A stretch of 64,000 nucleotides of DNA from Dehalococcoidia bacterium UBA5620 (lineage in GTDB: Bacteria; Chloroflexota; Dehalococcoidia; GIF9; UBA5629): assembly GCA_002423605.1 (NCBI GenBank), contig DIKK01000006.1:1216-65215 (forward strand), in the 5' to 3' direction. Positions 50,503-62,871 of the stretch are shown in pieces. A program made the position numbers and the translations under genes. The notes under the pieces were generated by a model, which saw only the letters and a program-made list of their open reading frames with translations, was not told where the DNA came from and ran no database searches. How positions within the stretch are numbered: position 1 is the stretch's first letter; each line of letters begins with the position of its first letter.

Positions 50503-51680
50503 AGCAGTTCCTTATCGCGTTGCTTACTTCTGACTCGCATCAGACCTATGAGCACCAGCAAGCCAAAGGCGATGCTGGCGGCACAGGCAAAGAACATGGT
50601 TTCAAAGTCACTAGCTCCGGCCACCCCTCCCATAGCCGTGGCTCCGAGGGCAAAGCCTATTTGAAAGAAGGCGGTGCCCATAGCCATAGCCAATCCCCTT
50701 GCTCTTGCTGGAGCCAGCTCTGCCACCAGCGCTAGGCTTGCCGGCATGGCGATGCCCATACCTACGCCGAACAGAACGGCTACCATGATAAGGGGAAACA
50801 GACTATGAAATACAGCGACTAAAGCCACAGCTATTACAGTGATGCCCAGACCCCCGATAATGAGCTGCCCCTTATTAACTCTATCTGCCAGCTTTCCGGC
50901 AGGAGCGCGCAGTATGGCTGAGCTGCCATACAGGGCGGTGATGATTGCCCCTGCGCCTGCTTCAGTTATCCCGAACTCCCTGCCATAAAGGGGAATATAA
51001 GAGGAAATGGTGCCTGAGCCGATAGCCACCAGAAGTTGAGTTAACATGCCCACAAAAATCAGAACGCTGCTTAGCCAATGCCAGGACCTGGCACAGGTTG
51101 CTTCTGCCGGGGGTGGATGGGAGATGGTTCTGAGCCGTGAAAAAGCGAAGGCCAGGGCTATCAGAGAGATGGCGCTGCAGGTAAAAAAGACAGCATCGAA
51201 GCCGAAGTGGCCCAGCAAGAAGCCTCCTGTTATCGGCCCTGCCATGAGCCCTAGCTGGAGGGATGCCGTGTACCAGCCTATGGCTTCACCTCTCTTTGCC
51301 TCCGGAGTCAGGTCTATCACCAGCGCAATAGCTGCAGGCAGGAAGGCGGCAGCGCCCAGCCCGTGGATAGCCCGGACGAGCGTCAACTGTGCCGGGTTGG
51401 AGGCTAAAGGATAGAGCAATGGGACTGCGGCGAACACGGCTAAACCGCCTATGAGCAGCTTGTGCCGACCGAATTTATCGCATAGCATGCCCATGGGGAT
51501 GAGCAGGATAGCGGTCATATAAGAGTTGGCGGCGACGATCAGCCCGACTTGTCCTATAGTGGCGCCAAGTTCAGCAGCATAGAGCGGCATTACCGGGAAC
51601 AACAAGCTGAAGCCGGCATAGCCGACGAAGGCTGCAATATAGAGCGTGACCAGGGTAAATGAGTTCTTCAACGGCGGCAC
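50499..51680 (-). CDS. MFS transporter
   Basis: 393 aa, 12 predicted TM helices. MFS motif A-like GMLCDKFGRHK. Confidence 0.8.
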   Translation of the reverse strand: MPPLKNSFTLVTLYIAAFVGYAGFSLLFPVMPLYAAELGATIGQVGLIVAANSYMTAILLIPMGMLCDKFGRHKLLIGGLAVFAAVPLLYPLASNPAQLTLVRAIHGLGAAAFLPAAIALVIDLTPEAKRGEAIGWYTASLQLGLMAGPITGGFLLGHFGFDAVFFTCSAISLIALAFAFSRLRTISHPPPAEATCARSWHWLSSVLIFVGMLTQLLVAIGSGTISSYIPLYGREFGITEAGAGAIITALYGSSAILRAPAGKLADRVNKGQLIIGGLGITVIAVALVAVFHSLFPLIMVAVLFGVGMGIAMPASLALVAELAPARARGLAMAMGTAFFQIGFALGATAMGGVAGASDFETMFFACAASIAFGLLVLIGLMRVRSKQRDKELL

Positions 51681-51757
51681 TTGTCCTGCAGATTTTTATA
51701 CACTTTATCCCAGAGGCTATTTAACAATCAGCCATAATGTTCAACTATGGCATGGGT

Positions 51758-52804
51758 TTATTCAGATGATAGCGTCCCCTCTTTTACGAGGGAAGCGCGT
51801 ACTTCTCTCATAAACCTCGCTGCGTCCTCTGGCATTACCGTATTTATATACATGCCTGAACCCATTTCGAAGCCGGCGATAGTAGTTAGTCTTGGAACTA
51901 TCCTGATATGCCAGTGGTAATGAGGGTCATCTTCGTCCTCAGTGGTGCTGGTATCAAACATATAGTTGAATGCAGGATTGTTTAGTCCATGGTACAAGCA
52001 AAGAAGGGTATCCTTCAAAATGATAGCTAGTTTGCTGAGATGCACTTGTGGAAACAGCCCGAAGGAAGCATAATGCGCCTTAGGAATTATCCAAGTCTCA
52101 TAGGATACGCGCGAAGCGTATGGATGGAGAACGATAAATTCTCTAGTTTCAGCAATAACTCTCGCTTTTTCTCTTAATTCCTCAGCGATCAAGTCGCAAT
52201 AGAGGCACTTACCTATATCATCGTAATAATCGACGGCAACATCAAGTCTGCGGCGGTAGTGAGTTGCGGCTATAGGCGTAGCAACCAATTGCGAGTGGGG
52301 GTGTACCAAAGACGTCCCTGATGCACAACCATGGTTTTTGAATATAGTAATGAACTTAAATTGACGATTTTGCTTTAGAGCGTTATATCTATGCTGATAG
52401 GCTATTAGCACCTTTTCTACCTGTTCATATGCCATCAAAGCCATAGTTGTATTATGAGAAGGGGTTTCTATGATAACTTCATTTATGCCTACGCCGTCCA
52501 TCTTTCGAAAAAGACGCCCGTCTTCTATCCGCTCGAGGTTCCCACTGATATTTAGGGCAGCGAACCGATTAGGCACAACCCTAACCTCCCACGCTGACAC
52601 TTGGGCTGATGAGGGAAGCCTCAAGACTTCGTCCGGCGTTTGACTTTCGTTACCTGGGCAGAAAGGACATGACTCGTCCCAGGCCGGCAGATCATGAGCA
52701 AGCGTTCTCTTAGATATATGCTGCGGACGCTTGGCTCTTTCAGGAGCAATTATTACCCATTCTCTTGTTGTCGGGTCCTGCCTGATTTCGGACATGGAAC
52801 TCAT
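51758..52804 (-). CDS. galT: galactose-1-phosphate uridylyltransferase (HIT superfamily)
   Basis: 348 aa. Zinc-binding CPFCPGNE and active-site HPHSQ. Confidence 0.8.
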   Translation of the reverse strand: MSSMSEIRQDPTTREWVIIAPERAKRPQHISKRTLAHDLPAWDESCPFCPGNESQTPDEVLRLPSSAQVSAWEVRVVPNRFAALNISGNLERIEDGRLFRKMDGVGINEVIIETPSHNTTMALMAYEQVEKVLIAYQHRYNALKQNRQFKFITIFKNHGCASGTSLVHPHSQLVATPIAATHYRRRLDVAVDYYDDIGKCLYCDLIAEELREKARVIAETREFIVLHPYASRVSYETWIIPKAHYASFGLFPQVHLSKLAIILKDTLLCLYHGLNNPAFNYMFDTSTTEDEDDPHYHWHIRIVPRLTTIAGFEMGSGMYINTVMPEDAARFMREVRASLVKEGTLSSE

Positions 52805-52914
52805 TATAACCCAGCTTGGCAGGCAATTGCATCGCAGTGAAGCTTTGCGTCACTAGCATCTTCCATTAGTAGCACGTATAATGGGTGGGTAATACGTCCT
52901 AAAAAGGAGAGCAG

Positions 52915-53460
52915 ATGATCAAGAGCTTTGATGGTAAAACGCCCAGAATAGCTGAATCGGCTTACATCGATGAATCGGCATATATTATGGGCGATGTGGA
53001 AATCGGCGAAAATTGCATCGTTTTTCCGGGAGCAGTGCTCAGAGGAGATTTTGCCGGTATAAGAATCGGGCATAACGTCTGGATTGAAGATAACTGTGCA
53101 ATACACTGCGGGCCTAGAGATTTGATAATCGGCAACGACGTGACTATTGGCCACGGAGCCGTGGTTAATTGCCATCGACTCGGGAACAATGTCCTGGTGG
53201 GGATGAGCGCCACCCTTCTCCATGAAGCTGAGATCGGCAACGATTGCGTCATCGGCGCTGCTACTCTGGTCGGAGAAGGTGTGAAAATCCCCGATAACTC
53301 GTTCGTTGTTGGCGTGCCCGGGAAAATCAGGGGCAACCCTACAGAGAAACAGCTCTCGTGGATTAGAAGAGACCCGGAAAAGTATCCCCAATTCGTTAAG
53401 GCGTACAAGGCAGGGAAGTTTCAACAATTTGTTTTTCCTACCACACGGGCAAGGGAATGA
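52915..53460 (+). CDS. gamma-carbonic-anhydrase-like hexapeptide-repeat protein
   Basis: 181 aa. Left-handed beta-helix hexapeptide repeats with a YrdA/PaaY-like N-terminus (PRIAESAYIDESAYIMGDVEIG). Confidence 0.8.
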   Translation: MIKSFDGKTPRIAESAYIDESAYIMGDVEIGENCIVFPGAVLRGDFAGIRIGHNVWIEDNCAIHCGPRDLIIGNDVTIGHGAVVNCHRLGNNVLVGMSATLLHEAEIGNDCVIGAATLVGEGVKIPDNSFVVGVPGKIRGNPTEKQLSWIRRDPEKYPQFVKAYKAGKFQQFVFPTTRARE

Positions 53461-53519
53461 ACTCAGCCATTACGTAGTTGCATGAATTCGTGTATCTCCT
53501 CGCCCCTTGCGGGGAGTAA

Positions 53520-54899
<1,380 letters not shown>

Positions 54900-54908
54900 G
54901 AGGGACAT

Positions 54909-55913
54909 ATGGAACTCATGAAGGGCGTTTATCAGGTCAAAGTACCCATGCCACTTGGGCCGGGTCTGGATCATATTAACGTCTACCTATTAGAAGGCAC
55001 CAATGGTAACCTTCTGATCGACGCAGGCTGGAATACTCCGGAAGCCTTCACCGCGCTGAAGCAAGAGCTGCTGGTCGACGGCTTCCAGATTAAGGATATC
55101 TCGCATATCGCAATTACCCACCTGCATCCTGACCATTATGGGCTAGCCGGCAGGATCAAGGAGATCTCCGGAGCCAAGATACTTATGAGTGAAGTTGAAA
55201 GCTCTATGCTGGAGCAACGCTATATGGACGTGTCCAGTTTGCTCGATTCGGTGACGGAGTTCCTCGGAGCCAGTGGTATTCCCAAGGACGACCTGCCTCA
55301 GTTCAGTAAGGCGTCGATGCCTGTGCTGGATTTCGTGGTGCCAGTCAAGCCTGATGAAATGTTGAACGCCGAAAGCACGATTGAGATGGAACCTTTTAAG
55401 CTTAAGGTCATTATGACGCCGGGGCATTCTCCAGGGCACATCTGCTTCTATGAACCTAATAGGAAATACCTGTTTGCCGGGGATCATATTCTGTCTGATA
55501 TCAGCCCGCATATAGGCCTCCATCCGCAATCAGGAGAAAATCCACTGAGCGATTATCTCAATTCACTGCAAGCTATGAAAGAACTGGAAGTCAAGTTTGT
55601 GTTTCCAGGTCATGGAGGCGTCTTCAGCGGCCTGAATCAGAAGATCGAAGCGTTAATGGGTCACCACCAGGAGAGGGAGTGGGAAATCATGAAGCTGATA
55701 AGTAAAGGACCAAAAACCGCCTACCAGATAGCCCAGGAGATTCCCTGGATGCCCGGAGGCGAACCAATCGGCTTCATAAAACTAGCTACCCTGGATAAGC
55801 GGTTAGCTGTACTGGAGACACTGGCACACCTGCAGTATTTAATAAGCCAGGGCAAGGTAACCAAAGATAGCAGAGATCAGGTCAATTACTACGAGTCACT
55901 GGTCATGCCATAA
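54909..55913 (+). CDS. MBL-fold metallo-hydrolase
   Basis: 334 aa. HxHxDH motif (THLHPDHYG) and downstream His/Asp ligands. Confidence 0.8.
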   Translation: MELMKGVYQVKVPMPLGPGLDHINVYLLEGTNGNLLIDAGWNTPEAFTALKQELLVDGFQIKDISHIAITHLHPDHYGLAGRIKEISGAKILMSEVESSMLEQRYMDVSSLLDSVTEFLGASGIPKDDLPQFSKASMPVLDFVVPVKPDEMLNAESTIEMEPFKLKVIMTPGHSPGHICFYEPNRKYLFAGDHILSDISPHIGLHPQSGENPLSDYLNSLQAMKELEVKFVFPGHGGVFSGLNQKIEALMGHHQEREWEIMKLISKGPKTAYQIAQEIPWMPGGEPIGFIKLATLDKRLAVLETLAHLQYLISQGKVTKDSRDQVNYYESLVMP

Positions 55914-55946
55914 GGCTACGGATAGCTGAGGTGAAGGGAGAAAGCA

Positions 55947-56354
55947 ATGACGGAAGACCTGAGAGACAAGGTTAAACAGCTCAAACTGGAGTATAAATCA
56001 CATCCCCAAAAAGGGCTGCTCATCACCATGCCCAATCCCTACCCGGATAGGGAATACGAAGAGGAAGCCATCACCAGCGAATTTACCTCGCTCTGTCCGC
56101 TTAATCCTGGGCAACCCGACTACGCCACGCTTACCATAAAATATGTCCCAAGCCAGTACATCATAGAGCTGAAGTCGTTTAAGTTTTACCTGGCAAGCTA
56201 CAGGATGGTGGAAACGTTTTATGAGGAGGCCACCAACTGGATACTGGACGACCTGGTCAATGCGGCGAAACCTAAAAGTATGGAAATCGTGGCAGATTGG
56301 AATATAAGGGGTGGTATTGGAACTAAAATAAGGGTGAGCTATAATAAGGCCTGA
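55947..56354 (+). CDS. queF: NADPH-dependent 7-cyano-7-deazaguanine reductase
   Basis: 135 aa. Catalytic Cys region (EFTSLCPLNPGQPDYATL) and the QueF motif E(L)KS(F)K(F)YL. Confidence 0.85.
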   Translation: MTEDLRDKVKQLKLEYKSHPQKGLLITMPNPYPDREYEEEAITSEFTSLCPLNPGQPDYATLTIKYVPSQYIIELKSFKFYLASYRMVETFYEEATNWILDDLVNAAKPKSMEIVADWNIRGGIGTKIRVSYNKA

Positions 56355-56368
56355 CTTAGAGAATATAA

Positions 56369-57397
<1,029 letters not shown>

Positions 57398-57467
57398 GCC
57401 AGGGAGACATCGCCTCATCGGAATTACGAGGCTGTATAAATACTCACACTCAATAATGAGTTGTAGT

Positions 57468-57500
57468 AAAGGCCAACCTTCAGGTTGGCCTTTACTATTT
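57468..57500 (+). terminator. rho-independent terminator after gap
   Basis: AAAGGCCAACC ttca GGTTGGCCTTT: perfect 11-bp stem, followed by a T-rich run. Confidence 0.7.
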
Positions 57501-57576
57501 CAAGCAATTTTATGTAAACGTTTCCCTTTATCATTCGTTTTAATATAATAGACGCTAGGTAAATAGAGGTTATCTG

Positions 57577-58116
57577 GTGTCAGAAGAAAATATAGTAAGG
57601 CAGGCGATAGGGGGCAATCAATGGGCCTTTACCAGACTTTATGATGAGCACTTCGATAAGGTGTATAGATATATTTACTTTAGAGTGAGCAGTCAGGCAG
57701 AGGCTGAGGACTTGACTCAGGAGGTATTTCTCAAAGCCCTGCAGTCAATCGGTTCCTACAAGTGGCGGGATGTGCCATTCGCCTCGTGGCTGTTCCGTAT
57801 TGCTCATAATCAGGTGATAGACCATGTTAGAAAGCAATCGAAGCACAAGAAGGCACCACTGGAGGAGGCAGCTGCGGTTAGTATGGAGGACCCTGTAGCT
57901 ATAACCGAGCAAGTGCTTGAAGCGCAAGAGCTAACGAGTGCCGTAAAGAGATTACCCGCAGCTCAGCAAGAGGTGATCTCGCTGCGTTTCCTGTCTGGCT
58001 TGCCCATAGCTGATGTAGCCAGGATACTGGGCAAAAGCGAAGGCACTGTGAAAGCCCTGCAGTTCAACGGAACTGTTTCACTTAGGAAAATACTCTCGGG
58101 ACACGACAATGTCTGA
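57577..58116 (+). CDS. ECF-subfamily RNA polymerase sigma factor
   Basis: 179 aa. Sigma-70 region 2 (AEAEDLTQEVFLKAL...FASWLFRIAHNQVIDHVR) and region 4 (VISLRFLSGLPIADVARILGKSEGTVKAL). Confidence 0.85.
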   Translation: MSEENIVRQAIGGNQWAFTRLYDEHFDKVYRYIYFRVSSQAEAEDLTQEVFLKALQSIGSYKWRDVPFASWLFRIAHNQVIDHVRKQSKHKKAPLEEAAAVSMEDPVAITEQVLEAQELTSAVKRLPAAQQEVISLRFLSGLPIADVARILGKSEGTVKALQFNGTVSLRKILSGHDNV

Positions 58117-59158
58117 TAGACTGGAAAACATATTTAACGAATGCCTGGAGCGGATATCCCGGGGTGAAAGCATTGAGAGCTGCCTCCGAAGCTATCCCCA
58201 AGAGGCTGCTCAAATTGAGCCGCTGCTCAGGACAGCGCTGGGTTTTAGCTGGAGGGCTTCAGCGATTCAACCAAGCCCTGAGTTCAAAGCGCGGGCTCGA
58301 GCCGGAATGAGCTACCAGGCTGCCCAGCTAGGTGCTGTACAAGTGCAGCAGCCAAAATATAGAGGCTTTTCCTCATGGCAACGAGCCTGGGTTGTGGCCT
58401 TGACCGCAATCTTGATATTCATATTCAGCGGTGTTGGCACAGCGGCTGCCTCATCAAACGCCTTGCCTGACGAGCCGCTATATCCAGTCAAGCTGGCTAC
58501 TGAAGAATTGAGGCTAGCCTTCACTGTTTCTGAAGAAAAGAAGGCTGAGATTCACGCCCAGCTCGCCGAAACCAGAGCTATGGAAATCGCAGTCATGACC
58601 AGCCAGGGCAAAACCGAGCAGGTTGTTGCCACCACAGATAGGCTGGTTGAGCATCTGGATAAAGCAGATGTCGCAATCGCACGGGTGGAGAGAGCCACCG
58701 CAGTAAAAACCCCGCAGGCTACAACCAAGACAGGAGCAGCTTCTTCAAACGTGACGCCTCCCATGCCTATGCTGACCACTCCCACATCTACAGCTCCTGC
58801 AGGTGAAGACGCAGGAAAAACAACGCAAGATACAGCCAGTGTCCGAAAAGTGGAGCAGCTAAACCAGACAGTGGTTACCAGCACCTCCAGAAGCCTTGAA
58901 GCGCTGGAAAAGGCGCTGGAGCAAGCGCCGTCGAAGGCTCAGCCGGCCCTGCAACGGGCGATCCAAACCCTAACAGAGAAAGAAGGCAAAAGGCTGCTAC
59001 ACAAGCCTAACACTGATAACAAAAGCGAGGAGCAAAAACAGGAAGAGGACCAGGACCAAAATCAGTACCACATAAACAAACAAGGGCAAAGCCAGAATCA
59101 AACATCAACCCAAGAAACACAGCAGACGATCAAGCAACCGATAATGCATGCTCGATAG
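58109..59158 (+). CDS. putative anti-sigma factor / DUF5667-like membrane protein
   Basis: 349 aa. Overlaps the sigma gene by 8 nt. Single TM (VVALTAILIFIFSGVG). Extracytoplasmic helical region with a Q/T/E-rich low-complexity tail. Confidence 0.5.
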   Translation: MSDRLENIFNECLERISRGESIESCLRSYPQEAAQIEPLLRTALGFSWRASAIQPSPEFKARARAGMSYQAAQLGAVQVQQPKYRGFSSWQRAWVVALTAILIFIFSGVGTAAASSNALPDEPLYPVKLATEELRLAFTVSEEKKAEIHAQLAETRAMEIAVMTSQGKTEQVVATTDRLVEHLDKADVAIARVERATAVKTPQATTKTGAASSNVTPPMPMLTTPTSTAPAGEDAGKTTQDTASVRKVEQLNQTVVTSTSRSLEALEKALEQAPSKAQPALQRAIQTLTEKEGKRLLHKPNTDNKSEEQKQEEDQDQNQYHINKQGQSQNQTSTQETQQTIKQPIMHAR

Positions 59159-59164
59159 CTAAGT

Positions 59165-59294
59165 AGAAGCCTGGCGTCAGCAGTATAATAGAGAGCGGTT
59201 CTACAGCGCGTTGGGAAATATAGCTCCATTGGAATATGCATTGGTAACATCAAAAGCCGGTGATGACCTTCAAGCGCTTGTGGGATTGACCTAA
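59165..59294 (+). mobile_element. degraded 3' remnant of an rve-type (IS3-like) transposase gene with a frameshift
   Basis: One frame reads ...VEAWRQQYNRERFYSALGN and after a -2 frameshift ...IAPLEYALVTSKAGDDLQALVGLT*. Together these reproduce the YN.(E/R)R.HSxLGYxSPxEY C-terminal signature of rve integrase-type transposases. Confidence 0.5.
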
Positions 59295-59307
59295 GAAGTG
59301 GTATAAT
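59274..59307 (+). repeat. copy 1 of the conserved ~34-bp promoter-like core of the IS-end-derived repeat
   Basis: GCGCTTGTGGGATTGACCTAAGAAGTGGTATAAT is matched about 28/34 by 59955..59988 (GTGCTTGTGGGCTAGCTTAAGAAGTGGTATAAAT). Confidence 0.6.
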
Positions 59308-59338
59308 TATTGGGGGCAGGTCAAGTTAACTTAACAAA

Positions 59339-59725
59339 ATGAAACGCTTTATCCTGTACCTTATCAGATGGCAACTAAGCACACCCATACTCGCACCGGT
59401 TATTGCTTTCTTTAAGCATTCACCATCATTATTCGGGGCTAGGGAAGATTGGATAGGTGCTATAGTAGCAAACCTTATCGGGGGGGCTATATTTTTCTGG
59501 GTAGATAGGTTTATCTTTACTAGCTACGCGGTAGAGGTATGGAACTTCAAGGATAAGGGGATTTGTGATAACTGTGGCAAGGAAGATTCATTATGGAGAT
59601 TAGTCAAAGCACCAAACTATGATAAGAGTGATGCTACTCCTAGGTTTTATTGCATGGCTTGTTCAAAGGCAAAAACAGATGAGTTGAGAAAGAAAGGATT
59701 GAAGATTAGAGGCAAAAGCCTGTGA
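59339..59725 (+). CDS. small membrane protein with a C-terminal CxxC...CxxC zinc ribbon (N-terminus GtrA-like)
   Basis: 128 aa. Two TM helices (GAIVANLIGGAIFFWVDRFIF resembles GtrA-family proteins), then CDNCGKED...YCMACSKA. Confidence 0.45.
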   Translation: MKRFILYLIRWQLSTPILAPVIAFFKHSPSLFGAREDWIGAIVANLIGGAIFFWVDRFIFTSYAVEVWNFKDKGICDNCGKEDSLWRLVKAPNYDKSDATPRFYCMACSKAKTDELRKKGLKIRGKSL

Positions 59726-59870
59726 CCTATCTCGGAAAAGCGTAGCAACCTACGCCCCTATTTTGGCCTTGCAAATAAAGGCCAATTTCGCCACACTATC
59801 TCATCGTTCTAAGATCCAACTAGCCCAGCTCTTGTATTTGGTGCACAAATAGATAGACCTGTTGGAATCA

Positions 59871-59988
59871 GGTCCTAACCAGGTTTCAATCGGGCTATAT
59901 TCTCTATAGCTTTTGATTGCATCCAAGCATCCTGCAGCTTGCTTCTAAGCTATTGTGCTTGTGGGCTAGCTTAAGAAGTGGTATAAAT
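59871..59988 (+). repeat. copy 2 of the IS-3'-end-derived repeat (decayed transposase tail plus conserved core)
   Basis: ggtcctaaccaggtttcaatcgggctatat...ccaagcatcctgcagcttgc...gtgcttgtgggctagcttaagaagtggtataaat aligns to copy 1 (59199..59307) and copy 3 (63895..64000) with indels. Confidence 0.5.
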
Positions 59989-60159
59989 GCTGAAGGCGAT
60001 ATTGAGCCGAAACAAGTGGCAAGGGAATGACAAATTGGCATTGTTGATGCTTATGAGCAGAACGGTCTTCTTTAGTGCTGCCATCCCTGTACCACTGGTA
60101 GTAAATGAGAGTGCGGCTGCTGCGAGATAAAGGCTATCGAATAGAGGTCGAGCGGTTGA

Positions 60160-61071
60160 ATGAAAATAGGACAGACTATCAAAGAAAGAGGGGCTAGCCT
60201 TTCATTCGAGTTCTTCCCGCCTAGTGATAAGGCAGGGGAGGACCGATTAATTGCGAATATTGCCAAGCTTGGAATCCTGAACCCCACCTTTGTCTCGGTG
60301 ACGTACGGCGCTGGCGGCAGCGCACTGAAGAATACAAGACAGGTTACACTGCGCATTCAGAGTGAGACCTCTCTTGTTCCCATGCCACATCTGACCTGTT
60401 TCAACCGAAACAGAGATGAGCTTAAGGCTATTCTGGAGGATTACAGGAGTCTCGGGATTGAAAACTTGTTGGCTCTCAGGGGAGACCTGCCTGAAGAGGC
60501 AGAGAAATTCACACCATCAAAGGATAGTTTTTGTTATGCCGAGGACCTGGTGCAGCTTGCTGCTTCTCTATCTGCATTCTCGATAGGTGTTGCCGTCTAT
60601 CCGGAAGGCCACTGTGAATCGCCGAACCTTGAGATAGATATGAACTATGCGAAACGGAAAATTGATGCTGGTGCTGATTTCGCCATGACCCAGATGTTCT
60701 TCGACAATCGCTACTTCTACGATTTTATAGAGAGGTCAACTAAGGCGGGCATCAAAATTCCTATCATGCCTGGTATTATGCCGATTGCTAACATCAACAA
60801 GATAAGAGAATTCGGTAAAAAATGCGGAGCTACAGTCCCGGAGCGCATTATTCAACGGTTTGAAAGGTTCGGGTCCACAACTGAGGAAGCGAGGAAAGTC
60901 GGTATAGAAGTGGCTACCGAGCAATGCGCTGACTTGCTGGAAAATGGCGTACATTACTTCCATTTCTATGCACTTAATCAGGGTGATGTTATATTTCAGA
61001 TAGTAAACAATCTCGGCCTGCAGAATCAAGAGCCAAAGAGATTAGAAAGTTCGGCCTGGCCGGGTGCCTGA
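60160..61071 (+). CDS. metF: 5,10-methylenetetrahydrofolate reductase
   Basis: 303 aa. MTHFR TIM-barrel signatures (FEFFPP, SVTYGAGGS, FAMTQMFFD). Confidence 0.8.
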   Translation: MKIGQTIKERGASLSFEFFPPSDKAGEDRLIANIAKLGILNPTFVSVTYGAGGSALKNTRQVTLRIQSETSLVPMPHLTCFNRNRDELKAILEDYRSLGIENLLALRGDLPEEAEKFTPSKDSFCYAEDLVQLAASLSAFSIGVAVYPEGHCESPNLEIDMNYAKRKIDAGADFAMTQMFFDNRYFYDFIERSTKAGIKIPIMPGIMPIANINKIREFGKKCGATVPERIIQRFERFGSTTEEARKVGIEVATEQCADLLENGVHYFHFYALNQGDVIFQIVNNLGLQNQEPKRLESSAWPGA

Positions 61072-61316
61072 AAGCTTCGCACTTTTCAGTCTATTTAAGG
61101 GATTTGCTCAGATATGGCTGAAACATTGAAGCAGGTGGACTGTCCCCAGTAGTTATATCACTTTAAGTTAGAGCCGTACCGGCTTCAACATCCCTAATAT
61201 GTGTCTCTTGACCTTGTGACCAATAGCCACTAGCCAACCATGTTTCTTTTGCACCTCGTATAAACCTTTTTCTTACAATATTCGTTTTATAAGCATCAAT
61301 TCACCGAAAGGGAGGT

Positions 61317-62339
61317 ATGATAGATATGCACAAATTTGTCCGTTGGCTCTTAATTTTAGCTCTGGCAAGCCTGTCGTTAGGATTGCCGCTGAGCCGGGTT
61401 TATGCCGAAGAAGGGGTTCTACTGACCAAAATTGCCAGCTCGGATAATGCCACAGTGGGAGATAGTATTACGTACACCTATACCATTACAAATACAAGTG
61501 ACAATTTAACCGGACTTAAACTGGTAGATGATAAAATCGGCGAGATAGATATTCCCGACCAACTACTATCAGGTGAGAATATCACAGCTACAGCTTCCTA
61601 TATCGTCTCCCAGACTGACTACTCTAACGATGCCACTCAACTTGTAAATATTGCTACGCTAACCAGCAGTGAAAATATTACAGCAACTGCTAGCGAAACC
61701 GTTGCATTAAACCCATATAACACAACTCTGCAGGTTACCAAGGAAGCTGATACAAATGTTGCCGAGCTTGGCGACGTGATTACCTATACCTACAGCGTTA
61801 GTAACAATGGCGTGGTTGAAATAGAAAATATATCGCTGAGCGATAACAAACTCGGTAATATTCCTCTGCTTAGCGAAAATGTTACCGTTACCAGCCTCCT
61901 ACCCGGCGAGAATATAACCGCCGTGGCTACCTACACAGTCGCCTTCGGCGATTTGCTGGCCGGCTCCATCAAAAACACTGCCACGGCCACCGGTGAAGAC
62001 CCAAATGGCAAGCCGGTTATCGGCAGTAGTGCAGAAATAGAGGTTTCCACCAATGTCATTAAAGCGTTGCTTACCAAGGCTGAGGTTCTCAAGCTCTCAG
62101 GTGTTCCCGGCAAGGGTATCGATAACGCGCCAGGTCTGCAAAAGCCATTCAACCCCAATTCACAGGCAAGTGAGAATGCGGGTAAAAAGGAGGGAAAAGG
62201 CAGTCTGGAACAGAACCAAGAGCAGAATCGAGAGCATGAGATGAACAGCAATAGCGATAACCAGCAGAACCAGAAGCAGGAAATGAACAAGAACAAGGAA
62301 AAGAACCAGGGGAAGGGAAACGGCAAAAATAACAAATAA
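61317..62339 (+). CDS. secreted protein with two DUF11-type repeat domains and a Q/N/K-rich tail
   Basis: 340 aa. Signal peptide (LLILALASLSLGLPLSRVYA). Two GD.ITYTY.(I/V).N.(S/G) repeat modules. The C-terminal ~70 aa are low-complexity. Confidence 0.6.
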   Translation: MIDMHKFVRWLLILALASLSLGLPLSRVYAEEGVLLTKIASSDNATVGDSITYTYTITNTSDNLTGLKLVDDKIGEIDIPDQLLSGENITATASYIVSQTDYSNDATQLVNIATLTSSENITATASETVALNPYNTTLQVTKEADTNVAELGDVITYTYSVSNNGVVEIENISLSDNKLGNIPLLSENVTVTSLLPGENITAVATYTVAFGDLLAGSIKNTATATGEDPNGKPVIGSSAEIEVSTNVIKALLTKAEVLKLSGVPGKGIDNAPGLQKPFNPNSQASENAGKKEGKGSLEQNQEQNREHEMNSNSDNQQNQKQEMNKNKEKNQGKGNGKNNK

Positions 62340-62395
62340 GATTCGATGTTAAGACTATAAGTCAACTAAATTAATTAGTTGCATCAGCGATTAGT

Positions 62396-62435
62396 GAACC
62401 TGTCCCGGATATCCGCCGGGGCAGGTTCATTTATT
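62396..62435 (+). terminator. strong rho-independent terminator after the DUF11 gene
   Basis: GAACCTG t CCCGG atatccg CCGGG g CAGGTTC two-tier stem, followed by ATTTATT. Confidence 0.7.
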
Positions 62436-62871
62436 CTGTCCAGCATTATCCCGAGGCCGCTAAGAAGGCGTCTACTGCAGAATACAGGTTAAGGGCCAAG
62501 CCAATACGTTTATTTGTACCGTCTGATTGGGGATCAAACCCTCAAAATACGCTCCTAGCCATATTAACCTTTACTGGCCAGTTTTTGTTTACCTAAAACC
62601 TATAATCTGCAAGATTCTGCGGTTTAATTGAATCAGTCGAGGGATTGGGCGTCCGGTATTAGATCGGGGGAGATTTTATTTAACCAAACAGCCTGAAAAC
62701 AACAAAGATAGCACGGTGGATAACTAGCTGGCTAGGCGTGCACCTCTTTCTTAATCTCTAGCTAAACATTACATCTGGGCTCATTTTCGGAGTTGGTGTG
62801 AATGAGGCAAATATGAAATAATGTATATTTAGGCGACATATTACCTCGAAACCATTCAGGAGGGTAAATTC

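Noticed and set aside
59274-59307. Canonical sigma-70 promoter call for the repeat core
   Set aside because: TTGACC and TATAAT are both present but only 10 nt apart. An alternative -35 (TTGTGG) gives 17-18 nt spacing but is weak. It is therefore described only as promoter-like.
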